A DNA stretch of 64,000 nucleotides from Hyaloraphidium curvatum SAG 235-1 (lineage: Eukaryota; Fungi; Monoblepharomycota): the NCBI GenBank assembly GCA_025558095.1, contig JAIVFI010000016.1, positions 558,001-622,000 on the forward strand, written 5' to 3'. Each line of letters begins with the position of its first letter. The stretch's first letter is position 1. Shown here one piece after another: positions 1 through 11,619 of this stretch. Under the pieces are notes generated by a model. It searched no databases. It worked only from the letters and a program-made list of their open reading frames with translations, and had not been told where the DNA came from. Position numbers and translations under genes: made by a program.

Positions 1-1230
1 GGCGGTACGGTAGCGGAAGCCGAGCTGGTCCTAGCATGGCGAGGTCGTGGTGCCTCCGGTGCGATCTCCTCATTGTTCGCCCCGTCCATGCCCGATTCCG
101 AGGCAACGGTGCCCTGCAACTTGACCTCCGCGACCGGGTAAGGAACAGGAGTGGGTTGCGCTGCGGTGAGAAGCACGGCGGTCCCCTTGGCGCGGTAGGT
201 GATGATGCGCTCGCTCTTCTCAAGGTCCAGATACTGCCGGAAGCCGACCACGGCGTTGCCGCCCATGGCAGCGACCCGCTTTCCCAATTGACGGCGGATG
301 TGGCCCGAGAGCCGGAACAACAAGAGCTGTCGCGACTCGTTGGAGAAACGAGGGGTTCGGAAAGTGTCCCTGGAAAACCACCCCGGTTCAGAAAGTCGTC
401 GAACAGAAGAATGATTCCGAAAACTCACGCCCAATGGTACTCCGGATCATCGTTCCAGTCCAGCAGTTCGACAAATCCGAGGACCTGGCTCACCCGGTAG
501 TAGTAGCCGCCAGGGCCAGCGAACGCCTGGCCGGGATACACCATGATGTCGCCGTGGGTAGGCGACTCGGGCCCGATATCCGACGGCACCCTGATCACGT
601 CCCTCCCGTCGTCGTCCATGGTCCCTCTCCGCTGGACCGGCGGGCCCGGCGGCGGGCAGGCCACCATGCTCGGCGTGCAGAAGTACTGAACGCCCGCCGA
701 CGAGTCCCTGAACGGGTTCGAGTCCCCGAAAAATTGCAGCCTGATCTGCACGTTGATTTCGCCGCGCACGCCCAGCAGCGTGTCGACGATCGGCACCCAG
801 CCCGAGATCTGCCCGGGGGACCCCCGCGCCGCCCCGGCCGTGCCCTCGTCCCACGCGGCCGTCAGCAGCGGGTTCAAATCGAAGAACACGAGGCCGATAA
901 TGTCGTCCGACGTGATGACGTCCGAGTCGACGACGCGCAGTTCCAGCGGCTCGTTCTGGATCACCGAATCGTCCCCGACCTCGAAGCGGAAGTCCTCGTT
1001 CCACACGGGGTTCAGCGTGCGCCGCGCCGTCTCCGTCCGCTTCACGTCAAAGTCCGCCAGCCGCAGCTCGACGTACGCGTCCGTCAGCTCGGTCTGTGCG
1101 CGCAGCAGCAGCCGGGACGCGGGACGGAGTCAGACGCGTCAAGCGGCTCCGCGCGGTCGGGACGTACCCGGACGTCCATGATCGGCAGGTTCCGCGCCGC
1201 CGCGATCCGGACCTTGAGAATGGACGGCAT
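1..1230 (-). CDS. C2-domain protein, C2CD5-like (5' part; continues beyond window start; introns at about 1094-1167 and about 370-429)
   Basis: The spliced N-terminus MPSILKVRIAAARNLPIMDVR|TELTDAYVELR...LNPVWNEDFRFEV...QNEPLELRVVD...ISGWVPIVDTLLGVRGEINV...DPEYHW|..FRTPRFSNESRQ..GGNAVVGFRQ closely follows the known C2CD5 N-terminus. Confidence 0.85.
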
Positions 1231-1441
1231 CTTGGCCGTCCGTCGCCGGCGGCGGTCCGCAGAATCCCACCAACGCGGGGTCGAAGAGTTTGTTTAAACT
1301 CGAATCGGAAGCGGCAACAACTGGATCATCGCGTGGTTAGAACCTTAGCCACACCCGACGTCGGCGAATCGGAGCCGAACTTCCCGCGTTTCCGACCTCG
1401 CGAGCACCTCGTCTCCCCTTTCTTTCGTGAATCGAAACTCG

Positions 1442-2184
1442 ATGGCCCCTTACAAGCTGCTTTGGAGCCCGGGCTCGTGCGCTTCGGTCGTTCAGCTGGT
1501 CAGCAGACTCCAACGAATTGCGCCCTCCCGAGCTCACCGCACGTCTTGCAGTGCCTCGAAACCGTCGGCGCCGAGTACGAGTTCATTCCGAAAGATGAGC
1601 TCGCGAAGCTGTCGCCCTTGAAGCAGGTGGGGCCTGGCTTCGAGCCGTGGGAGACGGACGCTGATGTGCTTTCCCCTCTCCCCAACCGAAACCAGATCCC
1701 TGTCCTCATCCTCCCGGACGGCACGCTGATGACCGAGTCCGTGGCCATGATCCTCCGCCTGGACGATGACTTCCCCGGCAAGCTGCTCCCCGCCCGCGGC
1801 ACCCCCGAGCGCGCGCAGGCCTACCGCTGGCTGCTGTTCACCAACGTGGACCTCCACGAGACCGTGGGCAGGTGGTACTACGCCCAGCGATTCACCACCG
1901 GGGACCCCGCGGGGGTCAAGGAGGCCTGCCTGGCCCGGCTCGCCCAACTCTTCGAAGTCCTGGAGCAGAACGCGTTCCAGGGCGGCCCGTACGTCCTGGG
2001 CAAGGAGAAGTCGGCGTGTGATTGGCACGTTTGCATGACGATCGAGTGGCTCGGGTGGACGGGCACCCGGGACGCCGTGTTTGCAAAGTGCCCCAAGGTC
2101 AAGGCGCTGCGGGAGGAGATGCACAAGGACCCGCTGCTCAACAAGATCTGGGTCCAGAACAAGTTCATCGAGGCGAAGGTGTGA
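1442..2184 (+). CDS. Glutathione S-transferase (spliced; introns at about 1499-1551 and 1627-1695)
   Basis: MAPYKLLWSPGSCAS N-terminus, QIPVLILPDGTLMTESVAMI (IP..L..G..L.ES GST motif), and a helical C-terminal domain with YVLG...SACD. Confidence 0.85.
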
Positions 2185-2217
2185 TGCCGCGGTCTTTTCC
2201 TTGATTATGCCAGTACA

Positions 2218-2952
2218 TTACACGGTACCAAAAACTCGAACACAAGGATGTAAGAATACTCTACACAAACACTTGGCTGGCAGGCTTGCGCGTGCAAGCA
2301 CTCTAGGCAGCGTCTGGCTGGCCCCGGTTTTGGGAGATCGACCGGCTTTGGGAAAGCGACCGGCATATGTCACCTTCCCCCTTCCCGGCAGTGCGCGGCA
2401 CTCGAGGCATTTGGCCCCGACCTCCACGAAGAGCTTGGCGCCCGCAGTCTGCACTTCGTCGTACCACATCGCAATGGTCTCCTGCTCCATTTCCATGACC
2501 AGCGGGCGCGGCACGCGCTTTTCCAGCTTGATGCGGCGGACGTCCGCAATCCCCGAAGACACGAGGTCCTTCGCCGTTTCCTCCGACCAGTCCGCGCCGT
2601 CTGGCGGAGGATAGGCCTTGAACAGCCTGATGGTAGCGACGGCGTCCCTGTTGGGCGGCCGGCCCTCCAGCTGCCGCGCGAACGAGTTTGCCAACCAGCT
2701 GCAGTCGCTGGCGTCGCACGCCCGGACAAAGTGCATCGCCATGTCCCTGTAGGCTTCCGGCGGCACGGACGGGTGGGGCGCGGTGGACCGCGCGCCGCAG
2801 CCCGGGCCGGGGAAGCCGCGCGACGCGACGAGCGCCTGCGCGCCGTCGGTCATCCGCTCGAGCAGCGCGGCCGAGCTGGGCAGGCCCGAGACGTCGGGGC
2901 CGGGGAATGTCTGCCGGCGCGACGTCCGCGCGTCGTGCACCACGTACTGCAT
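2218..2952 (-). CDS. Hypothetical Cys-containing protein
   Basis: Open frame from ATG 2952 with coding-like GC3 and spaced Cys pairs (RACDASDC, CLEC). No family recognised. Confidence 0.45.
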   Translation of the reverse strand: MQYVVHDARTSRRQTFPGPDVSGLPSSAALLERMTDGAQALVASRGFPGPGCGARSTAPHPSVPPEAYRDMAMHFVRACDASDCSWLANSFARQLEGRPPNRDAVATIRLFKAYPPPDGADWSEETAKDLVSSGIADVRRIKLEKRVPRPLVMEMEQETIAMWYDEVQTAGAKLFVEVGAKCLECRALPGRGKVTYAGRFPKAGRSPKTGASQTLPRVLARASLPAKCLCRVFLHPCVRVFGTV

Positions 2953-3427
2953 CGCGGCAGGAACGGAATTCGCCCACGGCGGTCCTTTTGGAATCTTGGT
3001 GACTACCACCGTCCCCGCGGACTAAACCACAAGTTCCATTCGAAGTTTGACCGTTGGAGAAGTCCGCAATGCATACGGAGAAAGACGTGTATTGCATGTC
3101 TCGCGAGTATGGGGGATTGAGGTGTGATTGAGGAGCAAATGGTATCCACCAAGAACGCGTCGGCAGGCGAGCCGATCGCGGCCGAGCCATGGTTTTCTCA
3201 GTTGTCATCTACCGTGCTTGCTTCTTAGGGATAAGTTACTTCATCGAAGCGGGTGGATGTGCTCGCAGGGATGCATCGAGTCGAGGAAGTCAACAAGCCG
3301 ACGCGTGCCGCGGGAGACAAACGCGTTCCATCTGTTTCGCAGCTGAACTTTCGGAAAGCCGCGCAGCGGACCCACCCACCGTCTCTTCATCAACCTCTTC
3401 AATACCTCATCTGCCCGGAACCCCGCT

Positions 3428-4665
3428 ATGGCCGCCTCCGTGCCCGCCAAGACCCTCCAGCTCCAGTCCCTCGTCAAGGACGGCTCCGTGGAGCTCTCCC
3501 TCGTCGAGCGCGACGTGCCCGCGCCCGCCGCCGACGAGGTCGTCGTGCGGATCGCCGCGGCGCCCATCAACCCCTCGGACGTGTACACGATCATGAGCGG
3601 GGCCGACGCGACCAAGGCCGCTGCGTCGGGCACCCCCGAGCGGCCCGTGGTCACGGCTCCCATCCCCGCCGCCGCGATGGGCCTAAGCTCCGTCTCCGGG
3701 CGCGTGGGGCAGCCCGTGTTCCCCGGCAACGAGGCCGGCGGCGTCGTCGTGGCCGCGGGTTCGTCGCCCGAGGCTCAGGCCCTACTGGGCAAGGTCGTCG
3801 GCCTGTGGGGCGGCGCAATGTACGCGCAGTACCGCGTCATCAAGGTGTCTGCGTTCCCGATCCCGCCGGCGGTGCCGATGCGCGAGGGGATCACGCCCGA
3901 GCAGGCGGCGGCGTGCTTCGTGAACCCGCTGACGGCGCTCGCCATGGTCGAGGCGATGAAGCTCGAGAAGCACAAGGCGCTGCTGCACACGGCGGCGGCG
4001 TCGAACCTGGGGCAGATGCTGGTCAAGATCTGCAAGGCGGACGGGATCCCGCTGGTCAACGTTGTGCGCAAGCCGGAGCAGGCAGAGCTGCTGAAGAAGA
4101 TCGGGGCGGAATACGTCTGCGACTCGAGCCAGCCGACGTTCGAGGAGGACCTGATCGAGGCGCTCTACAAAACGGGTGCGACGCTCGCCTTTGACGCCGT
4201 CAGCGGCGGCCCGCTGGCCTCCACCATCCTGTCGTGCATGGAGAAGGCGGCCATCAAGCGCGAGGCCGAGGCCGGTGGGGCCTACAACCGCTGTAGGTGT
4301 CCCGGTTGTGATCTTTCCCTGAAGCAACGCTCGATGACATCTCCTGGTGTTTTGCAGACGGGTCGAACACGTTCAAGCAGCTCTACATTTACGGGCGTCT
4401 GGACCAAGGCCCAACCCAAATCTTCCCGACCTTTGGCTTCTCATGGGGCATGGGCGGCTTCCTTCTCATCCCCTTCATGGTCAAGGCCGGCCCTGAAATC
4501 TCGGAGCGCATGATCCGCAGGGTGGTGGACGAGATCGACACGACCTTTGCCAGCGGATACACGGACGAGATCACCCTGCAGCAGGCGCTGTCGCTCGACG
4601 TCCTGCACAAGTATGTCAAGACCGCGACGGGGCAGAAGTATCTCGTGCGTCCGGACAAGAACTGA
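3428..4665 (+). CDS. MDR-superfamily NAD(P)H oxidoreductase (enoyl-thioester-reductase/NADH-oxidase-like; one intron at about 4293-4357)
   Basis: Motifs AAPINPSD, GNEAGGVVV, CFVNPLTAL, HTAAASNLGQML, and terminal ATGQKYLVRP. Confidence 0.85.
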
Positions 4666-4836
4666 ACGTGGACGGACGATCAGGGCAGAGTGCTGACAGC
4701 AATCTTGCTTGGGTGTGTGGGCTTGTAAAGCGGAGATCAGAACGATAGAAGCGACAGGTCATGTGCGGTTGCATGCGTCAGTCGCCGCGCGCGCGAGCCT
4801 TGTGCCCGGCCGGCAGAACGCAATCTCCGTGTCCCA

Positions 4837-6083
4837 ATGGCGCCCTCTGACGCGTCCGCCGGCGGCCCTGGTGGCACCGGCGGCGCGAACGGCAATGGCG
4901 AAGTGCCGCGGACCGCGCCGCGAGCCGTGCCGGCCGAGGCGGAACCCCCCGCGGGCCGGGGGAGCGGCCCCACTCCGCCGACGGACGCTGTCGACGACGC
5001 GCTCGAGCTGCACGAGCCGGTGCAGGACGTGTACCTGCCGCCGACGCACTTCTACTACTCGCGATTCGCGCCCAAATCCGACCTGGCAAAGTTCCTCCCC
5101 GCGGTGCCGGAAGCCCTGCGGCCCGCGGTGCTCGCCCTCGCCGCGCACGAACCGCCCGTGGACGACAACGGGTTAACCGACCGCCGTGCCGCCGTCTGCG
5201 TGGCAGTGCACGTCACGGACTCGCCTCCGCACGCCGTGGCACGCGGCGACCCGCCGCAGCGGCTGGAGGTCTGGCTCACCCGCCGCTCGGCGCGGCTGCG
5301 CACCCACTCGGGCGAGGTCGCGCTGCCCGGCGGCCGCGTCGACAAGGAGGACAGGGACGCCGTGCACGCCGCGCTGCGCGAGGCACACGAGGAGATCGGG
5401 CTGCCCCCGATGCTGTGCCTGTACCTGACCCAGCTGCCGCCGACGCTGTCGCGGCAGGGGCTGCTGGTGACCCCCGTGGTGGTGCTGCTGGTGCACAACC
5501 TGGACCCGGCGAGGAAGAGGCGGCCGTTTGCGCCCGTCCCGAACCCGGACGAGGTGGCGAGCGTCTTCTCGGTGCCGCTGGACCTCTTCCTGCGCTCCAG
5601 GGGGCACGGGCACAGGGACATGGACTGGTGGGCTTCCTGCCGTGCTGTCGTGCTTTCCTTTCCATGCTGATTTGCCCCGCGATACAGGCAGGACACGGGC
5701 TGGCGCATGCGCTCGCACTTCTGGGACTACGACGTCGCGGCCCGCGACGGCGCCGAGCCAGCACCCGGCGCCGCCGAGCCCCCTGGATTCCCGCGCAGGA
5801 GCATCGCAGAGGGCGGCGAATTCATCTTTGGTCTAACAGCGGGGATCATGCTCTCGGTGGTGGGTTCCCTGCACAAAGGTTCGGATGACACGCCGGGTTG
5901 CTAACCCCTCCTCCGCTTTTGCAGGCCCGGCTGGCGATGCCCGACTTCACCGTCGAGTTCACGATCGACCGCCCCGGCGCGCCGTCGGAGGAGGAGCGCA
6001 TCGCGTTCCTGCGCAACGGGGGCAAGTTCGCGCCCGTTCCGCCCGTGGTGGTCAAGGAGGACGCGCCGGCGCCGAAGCTGTAG
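4837..6083 (+). CDS. Nudix CoA pyrophosphatase (PCD1/NUDT7-like), spliced
   Basis: LTRRSARLRTHSGEVALPGG (NuCoA motif), the Nudix box AALREAHEEIG, PNPDEV..VFSVPL and IFGLTAGI. Ends in PKL. Confidence 0.85.
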
Positions 6084-6180
6084 GCGGTCGCAGGCGGAAG
6101 CGCGGCGGATTCGTGTGCGAGGGTCTTTTGTGGATCACATTCTTTTGTATTGCCGTTACGATTGCGGAGACCGTGGCTCC

Positions 6181-7359
6181 TCACGTGTCCAGGGCAGAGT
6201 GGAACGCTCGCGCCGAGTCCAGGTCGCCGAAAACTATGCAATAAAACTCCATCCCTCCGTTGAAGAAAAAGGGACCATCGAAAACGAGAATTGGGTTCTC
6301 CACGACAATGATTGTGTCGTTGACAGCGTTCTCGCCTCGCCCATCTATACACCGTAGCAGGCCGTCCGAACTGTGGACGGAGCCGGTGAGCCCCCGCGGC
6401 ATGAGCGAGGAGACAAACGACATCGATTGCGGGTCCAAGGTCTCGTCGAGTCGTGTTTGCAGCAGGTGCACGACATCGCCGCAGAAGCTGCGCCCCTTGA
6501 CCACCACGTCGTCCACTTTGGCGGTCCATCCCGGCCTTGCTTCGAGGACGGCCGCGATCCTTCCCAGCAACGCTTCAAGGTGATCGTCTTCCCACGAATG
6601 CAACTTGATCCTGATGTGGCGGTATTCGTAAGCCGGGGTGTTTCTCGGGCGGGCCCCGACCGCGACGCAGAAGCTGGCCAGGCCCACCATCCGCACGCCG
6701 AAGGTGCGCCTCACGAACTCGTCCTCCGAGCCGGGACCGGCCGGAATCTTCAGAGACGCCATGATAACCACGGCATCGGGGTCGTCGTCGTTCAGCACGA
6801 CCAGGAGGGCGCCGGAATCCAGAGCGGCAATGAACCGCGCCGTGTGCGCGAGGTACAGCTCACGACGAATCACTTGACCATGTTCGAGCCAGGAACGGCC
6901 AAAATTGCTCTCCCGGCCTTCCCGGGTGCAAAGGACGCGCTCGAGGTCGGCCTCCTCCTTCGGCTCCTCCAGTTCCTCGGCCAGCGCCTCCAGCCCGTAG
7001 AAAAGCGCGTCGTCCCTCAGCATCGCCCTCTCCGGCGTCCCCGGCGGCGGCAGCCCATCTTTGCCGGGCACGGAGTAGCCCCTGAGCAGCGGGTCGACGT
7101 GCCTGGCGAACAGCTCCGGGTCGCGGTCCAGGAGGAACGAAGACGGAGGGGTGCGACCGGCGTTCAGCGGGTGCGTGGGGGAAAAGTGGGGCGCGAAGAT
7201 GCTGGTGGGAAAGGCGGCGAGCGTCTGGCGCAGGTAGAGGAACTTGGGGCCCTGGACGAAGGAGATGGCGACGATGTCGGGTTCGCGCGACGGGGAGGAT
7301 GCCTGCGATCCGGTTGGCGCGTCCGGGGCCTGGAGGCCGCCGTCGGTATCAATGTCCAT
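6181..7359 (-). CDS. BTB/POZ (KCTD/WHI2-type) domain protein
   Basis: TLAAFPTSIF, FLLDRDPELF...LLRG and LRDDALFYGLEAL are T1-type BTB motifs. Confidence 0.7.
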   Translation of the reverse strand: MDIDTDGGLQAPDAPTGSQASSPSREPDIVAISFVQGPKFLYLRQTLAAFPTSIFAPHFSPTHPLNAGRTPPSSFLLDRDPELFARHVDPLLRGYSVPGKDGLPPPGTPERAMLRDDALFYGLEALAEELEEPKEEADLERVLCTREGRESNFGRSWLEHGQVIRRELYLAHTARFIAALDSGALLVVLNDDDPDAVVIMASLKIPAGPGSEDEFVRRTFGVRMVGLASFCVAVGARPRNTPAYEYRHIRIKLHSWEDDHLEALLGRIAAVLEARPGWTAKVDDVVVKGRSFCGDVVHLLQTRLDETLDPQSMSFVSSLMPRGLTGSVHSSDGLLRCIDGRGENAVNDTIIVVENPILVFDGPFFFNGGMEFYCIVFGDLDSARAFHSALDT

Positions 7360-7613
7360 CGTCGGGACGCGTCGCTTGTGGCCTCGTGGTGGTCCTGATC
7401 AAGGCGACCGCAACGGAGAAGGGCACGCTTTGGGACACAGGCCCCAATCAACCCGGCCGACGCTCGGAGCACTCTCGTAGCGAGTTTCCAACGTGTCAAG
7501 ATTCCAACGTTGGCCCTACATTCGACAAAAACGTGCTTTGTAAAACGATTCCAAGGCCAAGGATCTCAGGCACGACACCCCAGGCCCACCAGTTCAAGCT
7601 GCGCTCTTCAGGC

Positions 7614-8225
7614 TCAGGACGGCCACGCGGCAAACAGCTGGTTCATCCGCTCCACCTCATCCAGCCGCTCCCAGTTCGCATCCACGTTCTCCTTGTCCTC
7701 TGCTTTGTCCTTCTTGGCACAGGAAGCCTTGTGCGCCGGGAAATCCGCCGCCTGGCACTCTCTCGAGCAGTATTTGGCCACCTTGCACAGGCTGCACCGC
7801 TGCGACGCCGGCGCCCCCGACGAGCAACCCACGCGGGCGCACGGGTACTTGACCTGCTTGCGGCACCCCTCGCACACGCACTCGTCGCCCTTTGCCCACG
7901 CGCGGAGCTTCTTGTCGGCGACGGCGCGGCACTTGGCGGCGCGGCAGCTCGGCACCGCGCGCACGATGACGCGGCAATGGTGCGGCGGTTGCGCGCTCAT
8001 GGCGTGGTACGTCGTCAGCGTCGCCGCGGGGTCAGGTGCGCCGCCGCAGCCGAGGCAAGATGTTTCCAGGGAGGGCAGCCGCGAGCGGAGGTCGGCTTCG
8101 GCCAGCGCAACGGGGCGGCTACTGCTCTGCGATTGCAGGTCCTTGAGAACTACCACCGAAATATTCCATGCGTCGACAGCAGTGAACCGCCTTACAACTC
8201 GATCCCGCCACCTCGCCTTTTCCAC
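7614..8225 (-). CDS. MYND zinc-finger protein (start uncertain)
   Basis: CARVGC...RCSLCKVAKYCSRECQAADFPAHKASC is a canonical MYND finger. Confidence 0.75.
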   Translation of the reverse strand: MEKARWRDRVVRRFTAVDAWNISVVVLKDLQSQSSSRPVALAEADLRSRLPSLETSCLGCGGAPDPAATLTTYHAMSAQPPHHCRVIVRAVPSCRAAKCRAVADKKLRAWAKGDECVCEGCRKQVKYPCARVGCSSGAPASQRCSLCKVAKYCSRECQAADFPAHKASCAKKDKAEDKENVDANWERLDEVERMNQLFAAWPS

Positions 8226-8552
8226 TCGCCTTTTCCATCCGTGCAGTCTCCCTCCCGGCGCATCACCGGTCTCCCATCGATCCCGGCATAGTCCTCTTCG
8301 TGCTGGCGCGTGAAGATAACATCGATCACCTCCGCATCATTTGACCGCCGTAAGAACTTGCAAATTCACTGCATCCATGATTCGAGGGTAGCGCGCGGGC
8401 GGTGATGGGCAGCGGGCATTTCATTTCGAAACGTCTCCCGCGCCAAAAAGTCCATCCCTGCACGAATCCAGGCAGGATTAGCGCGCATCGCACGCCCCCC
8501 CCCCCGCGCCCCTTGATTTTCCGCCCTCGATTAACGCCCCTCCCGCGCCGGC

Positions 8553-9032
8553 ATGGCCTCCGCCACCGACTCCACGCGCGCCGCCGTCTCGTCCTTCTTC
8601 AACGGCTTCGCCGCGGGCGACATGGGTGCCGTCTTTGGCGCGCTGGCCGACGACGTCGAGTACGTGGTCAACTCGCGCGACACGGCCACCAAGGAGGCCA
8701 TACCCTGGTCGGACACGTTCAGGGGCAAGGACGCCGTGCAGGCGTTCTTTGTCCGCCTGACCGGCGCGTTCGACGTGCTGGCGTTCAAGCTGGACACGGT
8801 GCTGGCCGATGGCGGGGAGGCCGCGGCGTTCGGGTCGTTCCTGTACCGGGCCAAGGCGACGGGCAAGGAGGCGCCGACCGAGTGGGCGGCGCGGATCGCG
8901 GTCGAGGGGGGCAAGATCACCAAGTACCAGTTCTTCGAGGACAGCTACGCGATCGCGAGGGCGTTCGTGACGAAGGGCAAGTGGACGGTGAAGCCGGAAC
9001 CGACCGCGGAGGAGTCCGAGGTTCCCCTGTGA
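8553..9032 (+). CDS. SnoaL/NTF2-like (ketosteroid-isomerase-like) protein, intronless
   Basis: FAAGDMGAVFGALADDV...IPW..FRGKDAVQAFF...GGKITKYQFFEDS pattern. Confidence 0.8.
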   Translation: MASATDSTRAAVSSFFNGFAAGDMGAVFGALADDVEYVVNSRDTATKEAIPWSDTFRGKDAVQAFFVRLTGAFDVLAFKLDTVLADGGEAAAFGSFLYRAKATGKEAPTEWAARIAVEGGKITKYQFFEDSYAIARAFVTKGKWTVKPEPTAEESEVPL

Positions 9033-9362
9033 GGTGTTGACGGACGCGCGGCCGCGGATTGCCTCGTTGCGGAGCTTAGAGATGATTTGCTGTACGATCA
9101 TGTCTGTGTTTGGCCTTCAGGAGCGCTCGATGTTAGATTGATGCAGCCTTTCCAGATAGCCGATCCTCCCCGGTGCTTGAGCCCATCTGATCCGAGAAAC
9201 TAGCATCTCCCAGGTTCCAACTCTCCTCAAAATGATCAGACAAGTCCATCATTCCATTTGACCCCGGCCCGAGCTCGACCGTTGTCAGCGGCGAACGGCA
9301 TGGGATGTGGCGGTGCGTTGCCGCTGACTCCCTGCGAACTTGCGCACCTTCGACTTCCGACG

Positions 9363-11396
9363 ATGATCCCGCGGGAGTGCCCGCGGGCCCGCGGCCGACG
9401 CCGCGTTGCCGCCGCGCTGCTCTTTGCGGCGGCGCTGCTGGCCGGGGCGGCGGCGGCGGCGGCGCAGACGGAGGACTTTGCCGTCGACCCGCCGCGCGCC
9501 GCCGTCCGCGTGTGGAGCGCATCGCGCTTCGGCGCGTCGCCGTCCGCCGCCGACAACACCGTCGCGCTCAACGCCGCCGCGCGCAACTGCTCGAACGGCG
9601 GGACGCCGTGCAAAGTCGTGTTCGACGTGCCTGGCACATACCGCTTCCAGAGCACAAACTCGCTGCTCTTCGTGTGGCTCACAGACTTCGAGCTCGACGG
9701 CGGCGGAAATACCTTCCTCTTCTCGCGCACGTCCATCGTCAACCAGGCGTCGGGCCAGTCGCCGCCGCTGTTCTACATAATGGGCTGCCTGCGCTGCCGC
9801 TTCTCCAACTTTGCCGTCCACTGGGACTGGGACCGCTGGGCGCTGGGCTCCGTCGTGACGGTGCTGGCAGCCACGTCGACGCAGTGGACCTTGCGCTTCG
9901 ACGACTACGCGCAGGTCAACACCACCACGCATTTCGACTACCAGGTCCTGACCGAGCTGGACCCCGACACGCTGGCCATGGGCACCCGCAACAGCCGCGA
10001 GTTCTTCATGAGCGGTTCCGCCACGGCCACGTTTCCCGTCAACGCCCCCGTGGCAGACGTGGCCGACGTCATCCCCATCGCCGCGGACGGCGGGCCGTCG
10101 GACACGCTGGTGCTCACCTTCACGCGGTCTTTCAGCCCGCTGCCGAGGGTGGGAGCAAAGCACCTGCTGCGTCATTTGGTGTACGAGGTGCACGGGTTCT
10201 TTGGGCGCTCGTGCAACCACTGCACCTTTTCTGGCATCACCTTCCGCGGCGTGCCGGGCAAGTGCTTCACCCTGGGCGACGACACGTCGTTCCTGCAGTT
10301 TGAGGGCATCAAGGTTGAGAGGCAGCCGTGGAGCACCGCCAACCCGTCGTCGTCGGGCAAGCAGCTCTACCCGGTCTCGTCAACCGCAGACGGCATCTTC
10401 GTCCACAAGACGGGCGGCTACATCAAGATCATCGACTACGAGTTCTCGTGGGGCGGCGACGACGCCGTCAACATCCACAACCCGACCTCGTCCAAGGGCT
10501 TCACCATCCCCGCCGCGCGGCGCATCCGCGTTACCGACTCGCCCACCTGGCGCATCACCTACCGCATCGGCGACGAAGTCGCCTTCTACAACGCCGACTT
10601 CACCCCGACCAACTTCTACGCCCGCGTGACGAACGTGCAGTACGACAACGTGGCCAACTGGGTGCTGGACCTGAACCGCGACCTCCCCTCGCGCTTCTCC
10701 GCCCTCGCCTCGAGCCTTGTCGTCAGCCAGTCGCGCTACCGCGCCGCCAACGTGATCGTGCGCAACGCTTACGTGCACCACTCCCGCGCCCGGGGGATGC
10801 TCATCCAGTCCTCCTCCACCGTCGTCCGCGACTCGCGGTTCGAGCACGTCCACATGGCGTGCCTCGCCGTGCGGGCGTCGGCGTGGTGGGGCGAGGGCAC
10901 GGGGGCGGCCGAGGTGCTGGTGACCAACAACACGTTCGAGCGGTGCGACAAGCAAGGGACGGGGCAGGACCTCGGCGCGCTGCGGATCGACGGGCAGGAG
11001 GCCTCGGGGGATTTCGGCGCGACGTGGAGGCTGCATTCGGACGTCGAGGTTAGCGGGAACCGCTTCCGCAACGTTCCCGGACGGCTGTGGGACGTGTCCT
11101 CGGTCTCGCGCGCCCTGTTTGCCAACAATCTCGTGTACACGGGGCCCTCGGACCTTTCGGTGTCGCCGATCCGGCCCAGCTCCGGCGAGACGTACCGCGC
11201 GGGGCAGGCCGTGGTGTCGATGGCCAAGGACGTGCTGGTGACGGGCAACACGTGGTTCGTGAGGAACCTGACCGAGTGGGACGCGCCGGTCGCCGTGGAT
11301 GCGGACACGACGACCAACGTGGTGCAGGAAGGGAACATGGTGGTGCTGCAGACGACGGGGTACGCGATCGCGGTGGGGGATCTGGTGCCCGAGTGA
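9363..11396 (+). CDS. Secreted right-handed beta-helix protein, GH110 (alpha-galactosidase)-like, intronless
   Basis: Hydrophobic signal peptide, FGA..ADNT.ALNAA start, STADGIF and GDDAVNIH motifs, RARGMLIQ, parallel beta-helix repeats. Confidence 0.7.
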   Translation: MIPRECPRARGRRRVAAALLFAAALLAGAAAAAAQTEDFAVDPPRAAVRVWSASRFGASPSAADNTVALNAAARNCSNGGTPCKVVFDVPGTYRFQSTNSLLFVWLTDFELDGGGNTFLFSRTSIVNQASGQSPPLFYIMGCLRCRFSNFAVHWDWDRWALGSVVTVLAATSTQWTLRFDDYAQVNTTTHFDYQVLTELDPDTLAMGTRNSREFFMSGSATATFPVNAPVADVADVIPIAADGGPSDTLVLTFTRSFSPLPRVGAKHLLRHLVYEVHGFFGRSCNHCTFSGITFRGVPGKCFTLGDDTSFLQFEGIKVERQPWSTANPSSSGKQLYPVSSTADGIFVHKTGGYIKIIDYEFSWGGDDAVNIHNPTSSKGFTIPAARRIRVTDSPTWRITYRIGDEVAFYNADFTPTNFYARVTNVQYDNVANWVLDLNRDLPSRFSALASSLVVSQSRYRAANVIVRNAYVHHSRARGMLIQSSSTVVRDSRFEHVHMACLAVRASAWWGEGTGAAEVLVTNNTFERCDKQGTGQDLGALRIDGQEASGDFGATWRLHSDVEVSGNRFRNVPGRLWDVSSVSRALFANNLVYTGPSDLSVSPIRPSSGETYRAGQAVVSMAKDVLVTGNTWFVRNLTEWDAPVAVDADTTTNVVQEGNMVVLQTTGYAIAVGDLVPE

Positions 11397-11619
11397 GGCG
11401 GCGCGGCGATCGCATCCGGCGATGACTTATGGCCAGCAGGGCTCATACCTATGTCACACGATTGGGAAGCATATCATCTGAATTCTAGCATGTAGAACCC
11501 AGCAAAGCATTTGAAGTTTGAAGCTTGGCCGAGCTTCGTCGCTCGAGTCTCGGGCCGGTTGAAAGCCGAGTGCGGGCAGTTGAGCCGACCCGCACTCGAA
11601 CAAACTCGGCCTCGCAGAC

